From the human T2T-CHM13v2.0 reference genome, Homo sapiens, in the NCBI RefSeq assembly GCF_009914755.1, contig NC_060934.1: a DNA stretch of 64,000 nt. One strand, given 5' to 3'. Shown here piece after piece: positions 28,875-42,800 of the stretch. The notes below the pieces were generated by a model. That model was not told the origin of the DNA. It saw only the letters and a program-made list of their open reading frames with translations, and made no database searches. The position numbers and the translations under genes are program-made. Position 1 is the stretch's first letter. Every line of letters begins with the position of its first letter.

Positions 28875-30741
28875 CAAACTGTACTCTGATTGACATGGCA
28901 TATTTTGTATTTAAGACAATAAAGATCATTTGACTGCTGATAGAAAAGCAGAAATAGAAAATCATGTTTTCTTCAGTTTTCAATGTAAAATACACCACAG
29001 GCCAATAACCAGACAAATAAAATAATTCTCCACCATCTTCCAACATATCATTTGTATTTATGGACATTTTTCAGAAGAAATAAAATAGGGAGAAAATTAG
29101 AATTGTACCAATCATAAGCCAGAAGAAGACATAGATAATAAAAGTCCACTAGCGATTGGATTGTCCTTTTAGGAAATCTATCTATCAAAAATCTATGCTT
29201 ATAGCTCTTTGTTCAGAGGGTCAGTTCCCAAATTTATGTGCTACAACAGTATTTTAAATTCTTTCCTGTAATAAAATGTCACTGAGATTTTTTTTAAGTA
29301 GAAATGTGATATTTTATCACCATGGAGTACAATGTAAGTTTAGCTGCCTAACTCATTATTCTTAGTCCTGCTTGAAAAGTAAATCATATTTCTGACAATG
29401 ACAACGAAATCTCAATTTTGATTACTTCTGTTTTAAAAGAGCATAGGATAATAGTAAGGAACCTATACAAAATACCATTTTAATATTTATAGAGGGGAAA
29501 ATACTGAATTTTTATGGAATTATAATAAATATATACTTCCTTATGACTTCTTACACGTGGGTCACTGGCAGATAAACTTAATATTTACTTACTACCTAAA
29601 ACATATGACAATTCAATGGTGCTCAGCCAGGTTATATTAACAGTGTGGCAAAAGTAAAGGATTTTCCTTTTGTTCATACAACTTATCCAATGGCACATTC
29701 AAGTTTTTCTCCTCTACTATTATGGCAATAATTTAGGTTCATGTCAGCAAATGTTTGAAAGACATATAAATCCCACATTTCGTATCACTTGTTAGTGTCT
29801 AATTAAGCAGAAAATTTTGAGTTCAGTGAATTACAAAATGAAATTTAAAACACATCAGATTTTACATTAGGTAATAAAGATCTTGGCACGTAAACCTTTA
29901 GCACTGTGGGAAATGAGCTTCATCTTTTACATTGGTGAAAGGTGCAGAGTGATCATTCTGTGCAATTACACAGCTAGAAGAAGCCTTGATTTGGAAACAG
30001 TGCTATACCAAGGAGAAAATCACGTTGCATAGTTGTGCTTAATTTTTGCAGTCTAACTAGAATAGTTATGCTACATACATACATCTGGCTTTGCTCTAAA
30101 GCCTATGTTGGGCATCTCTGAAACATAAACAGAGTAAATTTTGCCCTTGATCACTTTGGACGTTACTCCTGTAAAAATCATATACAAGTTTATTTGAGTA
30201 AAACAGATTTAATTAAACAAATGTTTATTAGGCATCTGCGGTATACCATATATTGTGTAAAGCACTGCAATGAAGTAAAACCTAACCATCTGTACAAATC
30301 CACAGTTGTCGGTTCTTCTCTTTCTTTGACTTCATTTTTTACTAATCTGATGTTTTGCTTGTTTCCCCCTACCCATTCCCACATGTAAATTTTCTTCTAG
30401 AATCCTACTAACTTCTGGTGGGAGAGGAAAGAGCCTCATTTGCCACCAAAACCATATATAATCTAGGTCAAAAGGATTTTTATATTGCCTTATTAAATCA
30501 TGCAAAATTATCCAGCTGTGTTTGCATGGACAGCCAAAGAGGAAGGGACTTCAGCTTTTGTTCATTATTTGATTTAACAGCTGAATAAGTAACAAATAAA
30601 AAACTAGGCTTAACAGTCAGGTAAATATTTTTCCTGATTTAGAAAGGTTCCAGATGGAAAAACTTAGAATTATGATCTAAACATGGCATCCATATTTTGA
30701 CATTAAAAAAGATACAGAAATTAATTTGAGAGGAAAAACAA

Positions 30742-30797
30742 TTTTTTTTTGACACAGGGTCTCCCTATGTAGCTCAGGCTAACCTTGAACTCCTGGG
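30742..30797 (-). mobile_element. FLAM/Alu monomer 3' fragment
   Basis: Reverse complement cccaggagttcaaggttagcctgagctacatagggagaccctgtgtc plus A tail; degenerate TSD. Confidence 0.75.
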
Positions 30798-31032
30798 ACG
30801 ACAGGGAAAATCAATTTTAATAGAGAACAATAGGCTGACCAGACTAGAGGATATATAAAACTAATATCATTGTTATTTATTGTCTTAGAGAATTTGAGCA
30901 ATTAAGGAATTCTCTGTGACAGTTAATATTATGTGTGATTATACTAGCCAAATACCTTCCAAGTGGAGCAATAAATGAGAAAATATCTATGGAACTCCTA
31001 GAGATCTTGGGATAAATGGTTCCACACATTAA

Positions 31033-31339
<307 letters not shown>

Positions 31340-33599
31340 AATAGTTGCATTTCTTAAGAAAAAAAGATTTTAAAAGCCACAAACAAAAGTAAAAAACAAA
31401 ACTCACACATACACTATTTATTATAAATCCATAAAAAATTCAGCTATTCAAACCAAAAAAAATTGATACTAGCAAATTATAAATTTATTTAGTGAAATAG
31501 TGATAGTATAAATATATATCATGCTTTAATAAAGTATTTTAATTAATCCAGTCACCACACATGTTTTTGCTAAATATGACAGACAGAAGATAATAAAATA
31601 ATAATTGGCTTACCACCCTAGATAAGTTTTAATTATTCCATGGTAGTTTTACATACTTTGAATATGATGTTAGCTTAAAATTCAGTGGTTGAAAACACCT
31701 TACAGAATTTTAAATAAGTAGATTTTCTGATCTAGTTTAAGAAGAAAGGGTCAAGTCACAAGGCCAAGGCTGAATATCTCTACCTTCATGAAATTTCCCA
31801 TATAGTTAGGTGAAGAGTATTTATATGTAATTTAGGTATGAAACATAAAGTACATAAATCACTATCAAGACAGTGAATGCATATTTGCAAGTAAATATTA
31901 AATCATGGCATGGGAATTTAATGTTGCCATGTCAAATTATTTAGATACACAAAAAGGACGTATTTTTCTTTCCTCCCATGACCATTTTCCACATACAGTA
32001 TTACAACTGTGCCTGAAAACTATGTTTCACCTACAACTGAAAGTCTCTGAAGTTGATTAAATTATAAGGTTATGGGGGATTGTAGGGTAGTTGGTCTGGA
32101 TGTCAGTGAATATTTTAAAATTAATATTTATAATTAAGACAGATTTTATGAAGTGTCAAATATATCATTTTTTCTGGTTTAGAATTTTAATAGTTATATT
32201 CTACTGTTAGCATGTGGCAGTTACTGCCCTAATGCGATGAAAGCCTGAAATCTCAAAGCCACTGATTCCCTACAAGAAAATCTGACAGAGAAAACAAGCA
32301 TTTGCAAAATTATTTATAAATGAATGTAAAGTGTTAACTTATTTATAAATTCCTGGTAATTACACATTTTACAAACTTATGAAGAACCAGATTGAAATTT
32401 GATTATTATACATCTGTAATTACTATAGAGATGAATGAAATCTATCACAGTGAACATGGATTATGTTTTGCATCTTATTTGGATTGTCATGTAAGTCTTT
32501 ATAATGAGCTACTAATTGCCAATATATGAAATAGTGATCACAAATTCAAATAACAATGAAGAATGATGAGGTTTCAAAGACTGGATGTCACAGAATTACT
32601 TTGTTGATAGAAAGATAGCCTTGGTGTCTTTCCCAACAGAACCTATTTTAACACACTGTAATTATCAGGTGAGGGCTTGTTTCCCCCATTAGACTATAGA
32701 TCTCTTGTGAATAAGTCCAGTAGGCTTTATCCACCATTTCATCTCTAGAGTGAATAGTAATTGCTCAATAAGTATTTGTTGACTGACACAATAAATGATT
32801 AACTTGTCAACACGAAAGTGTTCACTGGGCACTTGGCTTCAAAGGCATTCATTCCCCCCATACTATCAAGATTGCTATAAAGATGGCAGAACAGAATATC
32901 ATTTAAATCTTGTTGTCATGCGCCTGTGAGAAACTTTTCAGCTTTAGCTTTGAGTTTTCATATACTCAGAGTAAGAATATTCTATTGCCTGAGGGAGATT
33001 CTGATTATTTTGATGCCCTAAATCTCCTAATCCAATAGATGGAAAATGTCTGTCATGCAGATTTGCTTATGAAGGGGCAAAGGCTTTCATCAAAATCTTT
33101 AGTACTAAAAAAGAAAAATAGTAAAAACCTGAGAAAGGTAACACAGGGGACATCAATTATACATGTAATAACAAGTATGAGAAAAGTTAAGACTCAGTAA
33201 GACTTCACCGTAAGATTACATTGTGATTCTATATGCTCTAATCTTTTATGGATGCTTGAAATATTTCAGAATAAAAGTATTTTTTTAATCTAGCTATCCT
33301 TTCCTCACACTCACCAACAAAACTGGAATGAAAAATGACATAAAACTTCAGAAAGTATTATTCTATTAGAGTCTGACCCTGGGTGATAAAGGTTTAGGTA
33401 TTTTTCATTTTCACAAAGCATTTTTTAAACTGTATTACTGAGATTCACAGTCAAGTGAAAGAATATAGGATAATCACAATTCTTAGGTGAGTTTCAGGTA
33501 CTGATATGTGTTGGTCTGGCATGATCTCTCTGTTCCCCAGGCACAGACTCATCTATGTCACTTGGCTTTGCACCCTGACATCTACTTCTCCTATTCAAT

Positions 33600-34210
33600 A
33601 TGTATTTTTTATTATAAATGTTTAAGAAAAGTAGAGATCATAAAATATAGAAAATAATCTATCTACCTCAATAATAACATGCACTTTTTTTCCCATTGGA
33701 TTTTGCTCTAATTTTTAAAGGATAAAGCATTGTAGATAACACTGAAGTCCTATATGAACTCTTCCTCAGTCTCGTACCTCCCTCTCTAAAGTTAATCACT
33801 GTTATGTATTTGATACACATGGCATTTATGACATCCTACTGTCCATAAAACTTGCTCATCCACTCAATATTACTTTGAAAATTTCTCTTTTTAACATATG
33901 AAACTAGCTCATTTGTCTTAACTACTGTGTTTGCTGCTATTTGCTCATTTCCCCATTGATGGAAAAAAAAAACTCTATAATGATCATACTTGTACCGGGT
34001 TTTCCTTATGAATATGTGCACAAGTTTCTTCAATAAACCTAGAGGGGGATTCCTGGCAACATAACCCAGGTGCCACATATTGTTATTTTGTTCTTCACTG
34101 AGATTGTAACAATTTACATTCCCAGAAGTATTGTATGAGCATACTCTTTTAAGTATATCACATCTAATAATTGAAATTATCAGATTTTTTTTACTTTTAA
34201 TATCTGATAG
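33600..34210 (-). mobile_element. Old L1ME-like 3' fragment
   Basis: aatttacattcccag...tgtatgag and tatcagattttt...tctgatag motifs. Confidence 0.55.
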
Positions 34211-34651
34211 TCATGCACCCTAGCTCTTAAGATAATTCTTCAGTTATTTTGGTTAACTATATAGTCTATTATTGGGACAGGTTGAACAAAAGTGCTCCTT
34301 AAAGAGATTTATCTTTCTCATACTGGTTTAAATTTTAACACTGGCCTGCCAATAATGTTAGTAATAACAGTTATCTTTTACTAGGCCACTCAATATGTCC
34401 TAGACACTATTCAAAACATTTAAAATATGTAATTTATTCAATTCTTCCAATTGTAAAAGAATGTGAGCTCTAAGGATGCAGAGAGTTTTGTCTGTTCTAC
34501 TGGTTGTTCTATCTTTAAAACAGTCCTATCACCTAGTAGGTGCTCACCAAATATTTGTTAATAAATGAGTACATGAATAAATAAATTATATAATTAACAT
34601 TTTCAAAGAGGCATTTAGGGAGTCTGAGTGGTTATTTCCCAAAGAGCATAG

Positions 34652-35005
<354 letters not shown>

Positions 35006-35149
35006 CAGATTTTTCTTTTTCTATGTTCCACGTAGTCTCTAAAGAGAAAATTCACTATCTTCCTGTCAAATCTATAAGAATTACTTTAGCGGTGAAATTT
35101 TAGTAAGAACGATAGGCAGTTTGTAAGAACATAATTCTTTTTCTTTTAA

Positions 35150-35513
35150 AATTATTTCTTTTTTAATTAACAAATATTAGTTGTATATATTTGTGGTGTA
35201 CAACATGATGTTTTGAAATATGTATATATTATAGAATGGCTAAATCAAGCGAATTAACATATACATCACCTCACATACTTAATCATTTTTTTATAGTGAG
35301 AACATTTACTTGTTCTCTCAGCGATTTTCAAACTGACAATATATTGTTATTAACTATAGTCAGCTTGTTGTATAATAGATCTCTTGAACTTATTCCTCCC
35401 ATTTAACTGAAATTTTGTATCCTTTAACCAACATCTCCCCAGTCCTCTCCCTTTACCAGCAGTCCTTGGTAACCACTATTCTACTCCCTGCTTCTATGAG
35501 TTAGACTTTTTAG
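35150..35513 (-). mobile_element. L1MA7/8-like 3' end
   Basis: gtacaacatgatgttttgaaatatg...aatggctaaatcaagc...agatctcttgaacttattcctcc. Confidence 0.85.
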
Positions 35514-37121
35514 GACAATGTAACTCCTAGATGCATTTTAAAAACACGTAGAACTTGTTCACAGCACAGGCTCTGGAGCCATTCTCCAAGCAAAGGTTTT
35601 TACCGGTTTGTTAAAATTCCCCAGGATGCTTTCTAAGTCCCTAAGTCTATTGCAACAACAACTCGTAAAATCAGATACATGATTCCTGTTTTCAAATTTC
35701 CTATCTAGACCCACTTGGATAGCAAGATTGATGCTGTTCTCACCAGCCTAAAGCCCCTTCAGCTCTAGCTGAAATCTTTGTTCTCTCACAATGCCCAGGA
35801 ACATGTCTTGGGCTCATTGGTAGGTAGGAACGTGCTGTGTGGCAAGGAGAAAATTTCCCTGTAATCCTTCATCTAATCTATAAAATATCCTAAAGGATTC
35901 ACCATATTAACGATTTTTCCTCATCCAATTTATACTGATTATAGGTGGTTAGAGTTGAGATACACCCCTAAATAACTGAATACACATAAAATTGTGAGAC
36001 TTCCTTTGACTCTCTATTGCTTTGTTGAAAGTCTTTGTCAATATATCTGGCCATTGAAAATAATATGGTTTATTAACAATGCACATACACTCACTGAGAC
36101 AATTCTAAGCAAATTGTTTATAAACAGTATATTTTATCATTCACAGCCTTTGTCAGTACATAGCACATGCATCTGAAGTATTTAGAAACTATTATATTGT
36201 TATGCAAGTCTAAAATGCAAATCCTTAGGGCTATTTACTTTATCAGTAAGATTATTAATCATTACTCTAGCTATACCTTAAAGTTATAGCAAAAATTTTC
36301 AAATCTGACTTATTAAGACAGTCAAAAAAGGACTCCCAGTTATGGCTTTTCTAAAGATCTAAGTCATAATACTCAAAGAACAGTCCTGCAGTCTACTTAT
36401 TGTTTATTCAAATGAAAGCACCTTAAGTGAACTTACCTGTTAGTACATGAAATGATGTGTGATAAATTCCAGTTGACATGCCCAAACTACTCTTCAGTCA
36501 TGTAAGTACAGGCAGTAATTCAAAACATAATTACCAATAAAGCAATAATGGATTACTTTGGGGAAGCCTATTCAATCATTTCTGAATACACACTTTCTCT
36601 CTGTCTTTCACCATGACCTACATAAAGCCATGTGTACATTTCTCTTCAGTCTCCACAATGATCCCTGAACAATATACTGTAACATGAAAATGTAATCACA
36701 GATGACTCAGGGGAAAAAAATCTTACAGCTATGAAATCACTGTCTCTTAATTTTAGTCAATGTTATAGAAGATCCTGGCTGCAAGTCATCACTGGCCTGT
36801 CCTGACAAGGAAGAGCTTCTTTTCTCGGTAAATGGAAACCTAGGTTATTCGGCTTGAGCTAGGATGCAGTTATCAAACTGGTTCTCACCTTCCTATTGTA
36901 ACATCTTGAATGTGTCAGTCATGTGCTTTCATTTTTTGGAGATAGAATGGAGAAAACGAGGGAACACCTGTTTTATATTGGATTTACTTTCATTTCTAAG
37001 GGCCATTAAGGATTATTTAGCACTACATCACTTACTTCTACAAGAAGTTGGCGTCTGGAGATGGTGTTCTAAAAACTGATAAAGTATACAACGTTACTAT
37101 TTAAAATTTCAGATGGCTTAC

Positions 37122-37540
37122 TGTCTTAGCCTGTTTGTGTTGCTATAAAGGAATATCCAAAACTGGATAATCTATAAAGAAAAGAGGTTTATTTGGTTCA
37201 CAATTCTGCAGACTGTATAAGAAGCATGGCACCAGCACCTACTTCTGGTGAGGGCTTCAGGCTGCTTCCACTCATGGCAGAAGGTGATGGGGAGCCAGCA
37301 TGTAGAGATTACTTGGTAAGGGAGGAAGCAAAGGGTGCGGGGTGCCAGGCTCTTTCAAATAACCTGCCCTTGCAGGAATAAATAGAGTGAGAATTCACTC
37401 ATTACCAAGAGGATTGCTCCAAGCTGTTCATGAAGGATCCACACCCAAGGCCTAAACACCTCCCATTAGGCACTGCATTCAACACTGGGGATCCAGTTTC
37501 AACGTAATATTTGGAGGGGTTGAATGTCCAAACCACAGCA
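37122..37540 (-). mobile_element. MSTB-like MaLR LTR
   Basis: tgtcttag...gctataaaggaata...aagaagcatggcaccagca...ccaaaccacagca. Confidence 0.88.
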
Positions 37541-38439
37541 CTTGCCTTTTCCTATGGAAGTTCAGGACCCTATATGAAGCCATCTGTTGACTTTTTAAGC
37601 TCAGTACCAATCCTGATGTAGTCTGTGCTTCTTTTATACTGGCCAACTTGCTGTCCCTCAAACCCACCTTGAATTTTCACAGTTTTTCCCTCTTTATGGG
37701 AGGCTTTTCCAATTTTCTAAAGGTTCAATTCAATAATCCAGCTGAACAGCTGTTTCTTTAAAAATATTTCCTCAGTATCCTGACAGTACAGCAGCATTAA
37801 TTGTAAAAGATTTTGTTTACGTAACAAATACAATTCTTTTGAAATCTGATTCATATACACCAGATTGTGAGTTCTCTCAAAGCAAATTCTGTGTATTTTT
37901 CTTCATTGTATTTTCTTTCATTCCCCAGCATACTGTCTTGCACATAATAGATACTCAGTTTAATTTTATCAAAATCATTTTTTCAGGAAATGATTAACAA
38001 TCTCCAATTTAAAAGATATATTTGTATTGAACCACTTCATGGCTTGATGCTTTTAATCAAACTAAATTTTGACTAGGTATAGGTTGAAGAATAATGTATA
38101 AGTGCAATGTATGGTAATAGGAAATTGGTTATAATTATATTGTATAATTAATATTTGCATAGATACATACTATATTGGTCATCTTTTATCCCAACTCCTA
38201 TTAAATAAATATCATATTGAGATTTAATAGTGCTTAGTTTTGATGCAGTTAATTTTAACATTTTGCTCTTGCTAACATTATTATGTGTTTTTTGGCATCA
38301 GCTTATGAAAGAACATGGAAAATCAATTTATTTTCCATTTTCTTTGTCAAATTTAGATTAAAACTTTGTAGAAGCCAAAGGTCATGCTCACTATGATGTC
38401 ATGGACAAAAAGGCCTTTGTTATTACATTTTGTTCATTT

Positions 38440-39255
38440 TTCTCTTTTTTTCTTTCAATTTTACTTGACACATAATAAGTGAAACATATTTATGGGGTAC
38501 CAAGTGACAGATACATGTATACAGTGTGTGATTATAAATTCAGGGTAATTAAAACATTCATCACCTCAAGTCATTATCATTTGTTTAATGAGAACTTTCA
38601 AAATCCTCTCTTCTAGCTTTTTGAACATATACAATAAATTATTAACTATATTCACCCTACAGTGCCATAGAACACTAAAACATATTCTTCTTATCTAACT
38701 GGAACTTTATATGCATTGACCAACCTCCCTCTATCCTCCTTCTCCCTTACTGTTCCCAGCCTGTAATAACCAGAGTTCTACTCTTTACTTCCATGAGCTC
38801 ATTGTTTTGCTCCTACATGTGAGTGAGAACATGCAATATTTATCTTTCCACGTCTGACTTATTTTACTTAACATAATGTCCTCCAGGCTCATCCATGTTA
38901 CCAACGACAATATTTCATTTTTTAAATAGCTGAACAATATTCTGTTGTGTATATATATATATATTACATTTTCTTTATTTATTCATCTGTTAATGGACAT
39001 TTAGGTTCATTCCATACCCTGGCTATTGAGAATAGTGCTGTAATAAACATGGCAGTACAGATATCTCTTTGCTATGCTGACTTCCTTTCCTTTGGATAAA
39101 TACCCAGTAGTGGCACTGCTAAATCATATGGTGGCTCTGTTTTTAGCATTTTGAGAAACCTCAATAGTATTTTCCATAATAAATAGCTGTACTAATTAAC
39201 ATTCCCACTAACAGTACATAAGAATTCCCCTTACTCCACATCCTTGTTAGCATTT
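38440..39255 (-). mobile_element. L1MA-type 3' end
   Basis: T-rich tail, caaaatcctctcttctagc, gtgagtgagaacatgc, ending acatccttgttagcatt. Confidence 0.88.
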
Positions 39256-39424
39256 TTTTTAAATCATTTCCTTTCATTTAGATTCTGTGGAAGAGTTTCT
39301 TGGGTTTGTTTCTTAAATAACTAATAAAATTATATTAGTGATGTTGAGCATAATAAATTCTTACAATCTGATCCAATCTTTGTCCAATTAAGAGTGTGGT
39401 GGTGCAGGAGCAGCTCTTGTTTTT

Positions 39425-39658
39425 TTTTTTTGTTTTGTTTTGTTTTCTGTTTTTTTTTTTTTTAACAATTTCGTTGACTCTCAGAGTCTAAGACTTCAGG
39501 GCTGGGACCTTTGTCCAGCCTGCACGGTAGAGTGAGGCTGCCTCTCCCACCAGGCATTGGGATCCTATTTAGAAACGGCGTTCACTTCAGAAGGTACTTT
39601 TTAACTGCTCAGTTTTTGACTATTTTAAATAGTTTGCTGAAAACTCCTGATAACACTT
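39425..39658 (-). pseudogene. Short L1-mediated retrocopy of an unidentified RNA (195-nt body plus A tail)
   Basis: 15-bp perfect TSD gcagctcttgttttt (39410-39424 / 39659-39673), TT/AAAA endonuclease site on minus, interrupted poly(T) to 39463; body is not a repeat I recognise. Confidence 0.85.
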
Positions 39659-39844
39659 GCAGCTCTTGTTTTTAAAGTTGCTTTCAGTTTGAGTATGGTC
39701 TTAAAGACTTCTGTTGCCACACTCCTGGTGCAACAGCTTCCCTATATGAGCCACAATTTTGGTACTTGCCACTTTTATAATGTATAAACTTCTGGGACTT
39801 TGTTATATATAATTTTATACTACTTTAACTGTGGCTATTTTCCT

Positions 39845-42800
39845 TTTTTAAAGCTTTCATATCTGAGTGAGAAGATATGGTGTTTGACTTTATTTTTCTC
39901 TTATTTCACTTAATGTCATCCAGTTCTATGCATGTTACAGTGAATGACAGGATTTAATTATCCTTTATGGCTGACTAGTATTCCATGTGTATATATACCA
40001 CATTTTCTTTATCAATTCAACCTGTTGTTGAACACGTAGGTTTATTCCATATCTTCGCTCTTATGAATAGTGCTGCAATAAACATGGGGTTGCAGATATT
40101 TCTTTAATACAATGATTTCCCTTCTTTGGGATAGATTCCCAGTAGTGAGATTGCTAGATCATATGGAAGTCCTATTTGCAGTTTTTTGAGGAACCTCCAC
40201 ACTCTTCTCCATAGTGGCTATACTAGTTTATATTCCCACCAACAGTATATAAGAGTTCCATTTCTTCTGCATCAACACCAGCGTTTGTTATTTATTTTTG
40301 TCTTTTTGATAATAGGAATTCTGACTTGTGTGAGATGATACCTCATTGTGGTTTTGATTTGCATTTCCCTGATGATTAGTGATTTTGAGCATTTTTCCAT
40401 ATATTTATTGGCTATTTGTATGCCTTCCTTTGAGAAACGATGTCCAGATAAATCACTCATTTTTAAATTAGATTATTGTTTCTGTGCTGTTGTTTGAGTT
40501 CATTATATATCATGGATAGTAGTCCCTTACCAGATGAATAGTTTTTAAATATCTTCCCTCATTCTATAGGCTGTAACTTAACTCTGTTGACTGTTTCATT
40601 TGCTGTGTAGAAGCTTTGTAGTTTTATATAGTCTGATTTGTCTATTTTTGTTTTTGTGGTCTTAACCATAAAGTCTTTGCCTGGATCAGTGTCCTGCAAC
40701 ATTTCCTTTATCTTTTTTTACTAGTTTTATAGTTTCAGTCTGATATTTAATTCTCTAATCCATTTTGAGTTGATTTTTTAATATAGTGAGAGATGGTCTT
40801 CTAGTTTCAATCTTCTGCATATGAATATCCAGTTTTCAGAGCACCATTTGTTGAAGAGGGTGTCATTTTTTTCAATGTATATTCTTGACATCTTTGTTGA
40901 AAATGAGTTGACTGTAAATATATAGATGTATTTCTGGGTTCTCTATCTTATTCCATTGGTCTGTGTGTCTGTTTTTATACCCATACCATGTTGTTTTTGT
41001 TTTTGTTACTATTACTGTGTATTATATTTTGAACTATCTATATTATATTTTAACTAACTATATTATATTTTGTACTATCGCCAGTTTTACCCTTTTGGCT
41101 TGGTATTGCATTGGGTATTTGGGGTCATTTGTGGTTCCAGACAATTTTAGGATGTTTTTCCATTTCTGTAAGGAATGACAGTGTTATTTTGATAAGGATT
41201 GCACTGAATCTGTAGACTGCCTTGGGTGAAATGGTCATTTTAACAATATTAATTCTTTCAGTCCAGGAGCATGGAATGTTTTTCAATTTCTTTTTATCCT
41301 CTTCTATTTCTTTCATCAGTGCTTTGTAGTTTTCATTGTAGACATCTTTCACCTTGGTTAAATTTATTTCTAAGTGTCTTTTTTTGTAGCTACTGCAAGT
41401 AGGATTGCATTTTTAAATTCTTTTTCACCTAGTTCATTACTGGTATATAAAATACTAATTATTTTTGTATGTTGATTTTTTTTATCCTGAAATTTTAATG
41501 AATTCATTTGCCAGTTTTAAGAGTATTTTGGCAGAGTCATTACATTTTTCTATTTATGAGAACATGTTGTTTGCAAAGAGGGACAATTTGACCCTCTTTT
41601 CCAATGTGGATGGCAATTTCTTACTTTCTTTTTCCTAATTGTTATGTGCTAGGACTTCTAGTACTATGTTGAATAAGAGTAGTGAAAGTGAGCATCCTTG
41701 TCTTCTTCCAGTTCTTAGAGAAAAAGCTTCCAGTATTTCTTCATTCAGTATAATGTTAGCCATGGGTTTGTCATATATGGTCTTTATTGTGTTGAGGTAT
41801 ATTCCCTCTATGCCTAATTTGTTAAGAATTTTTTATCATAAAGGGATGATGAATTTTATTAAAAGATTTTTCTGTCTATTGAGATAATATGTTTTTAAAA
41901 TTTTATATTGTTAATGTGATGCATTACATTTATTGATTTGCATATATTGAACTATCCTTGTATCCTTGGAATAAATTCTACTTGATTAGGTTCATTATGT
42001 TTTTGACGTGCTGTTGGGTTCTATTTTCTAGTATTTGGTTGAGGGTGTTTAAATCTATCTTCATCAGACATATTGGCCCATAGTTTTCTTTTTTTGTTGT
42101 GCCCTTGTCTCGTTTTATTATCAGGGTAATGCTAGCTTCACAGAATTAATTAGGAAGAATTTCTTAATCCTCAATTTTTTGGAATAGTTTGAGAAAAAAT
42201 GGTGTTAGTTATTTAAAAGTTTGCTAGAATTCATTAGTGAATCCATCTGGTCTTGGACTTTTCTTTTTTGAGAGACTTTTTGTTACTGATTTAATCTTCT
42301 TATTTGTTATTGGTCTGTTTGATTCTGTTCATTTTTGGTTCAATCTTGGTATTTTATACTTGTGTCTAGGAATGTATCCATTTCCTTTATGTTTTTTAAT
42401 TTGTTGGTGTATAGTTGTTCCTAACAGTCTCTAATGATCCTCTGTATTTTTGTGGTGTCAGTTGTAATATCTCATTGTTCATTTCTGATATTATTTATTT
42501 AGGTCTTTTTCTTAATCTATATAATAGTTTGTTGATTTGGTTTACTTTTCAAAAACTAACTTTTTTCACGAATCTTTTGTTTGCTTTTTTGCCTCTAATT
42601 TGTTTCATTCTGTGCTGATCTTTATTATTTATTTTCCTCTATTAACTTTGGGTTTGGCGTGTTCTTGCTTTTCTATTTTTTGAGGTGTATCACTAGGTTA
42701 TTTGAAATCTTTTTTTTTTTTATATAGGTGCTTATTCCTTTAAACTTCCCTCTTGTACTATTTTTTCTGTGTTCCATAGGTTTTTTGGTATGTCTTGTTT

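Noticed and set aside
28864-29067. ORF containing GGELFY, reminiscent of a kinase hinge
   Set aside because: No other kinase motifs nearby; chance match in AT-rich DNA.
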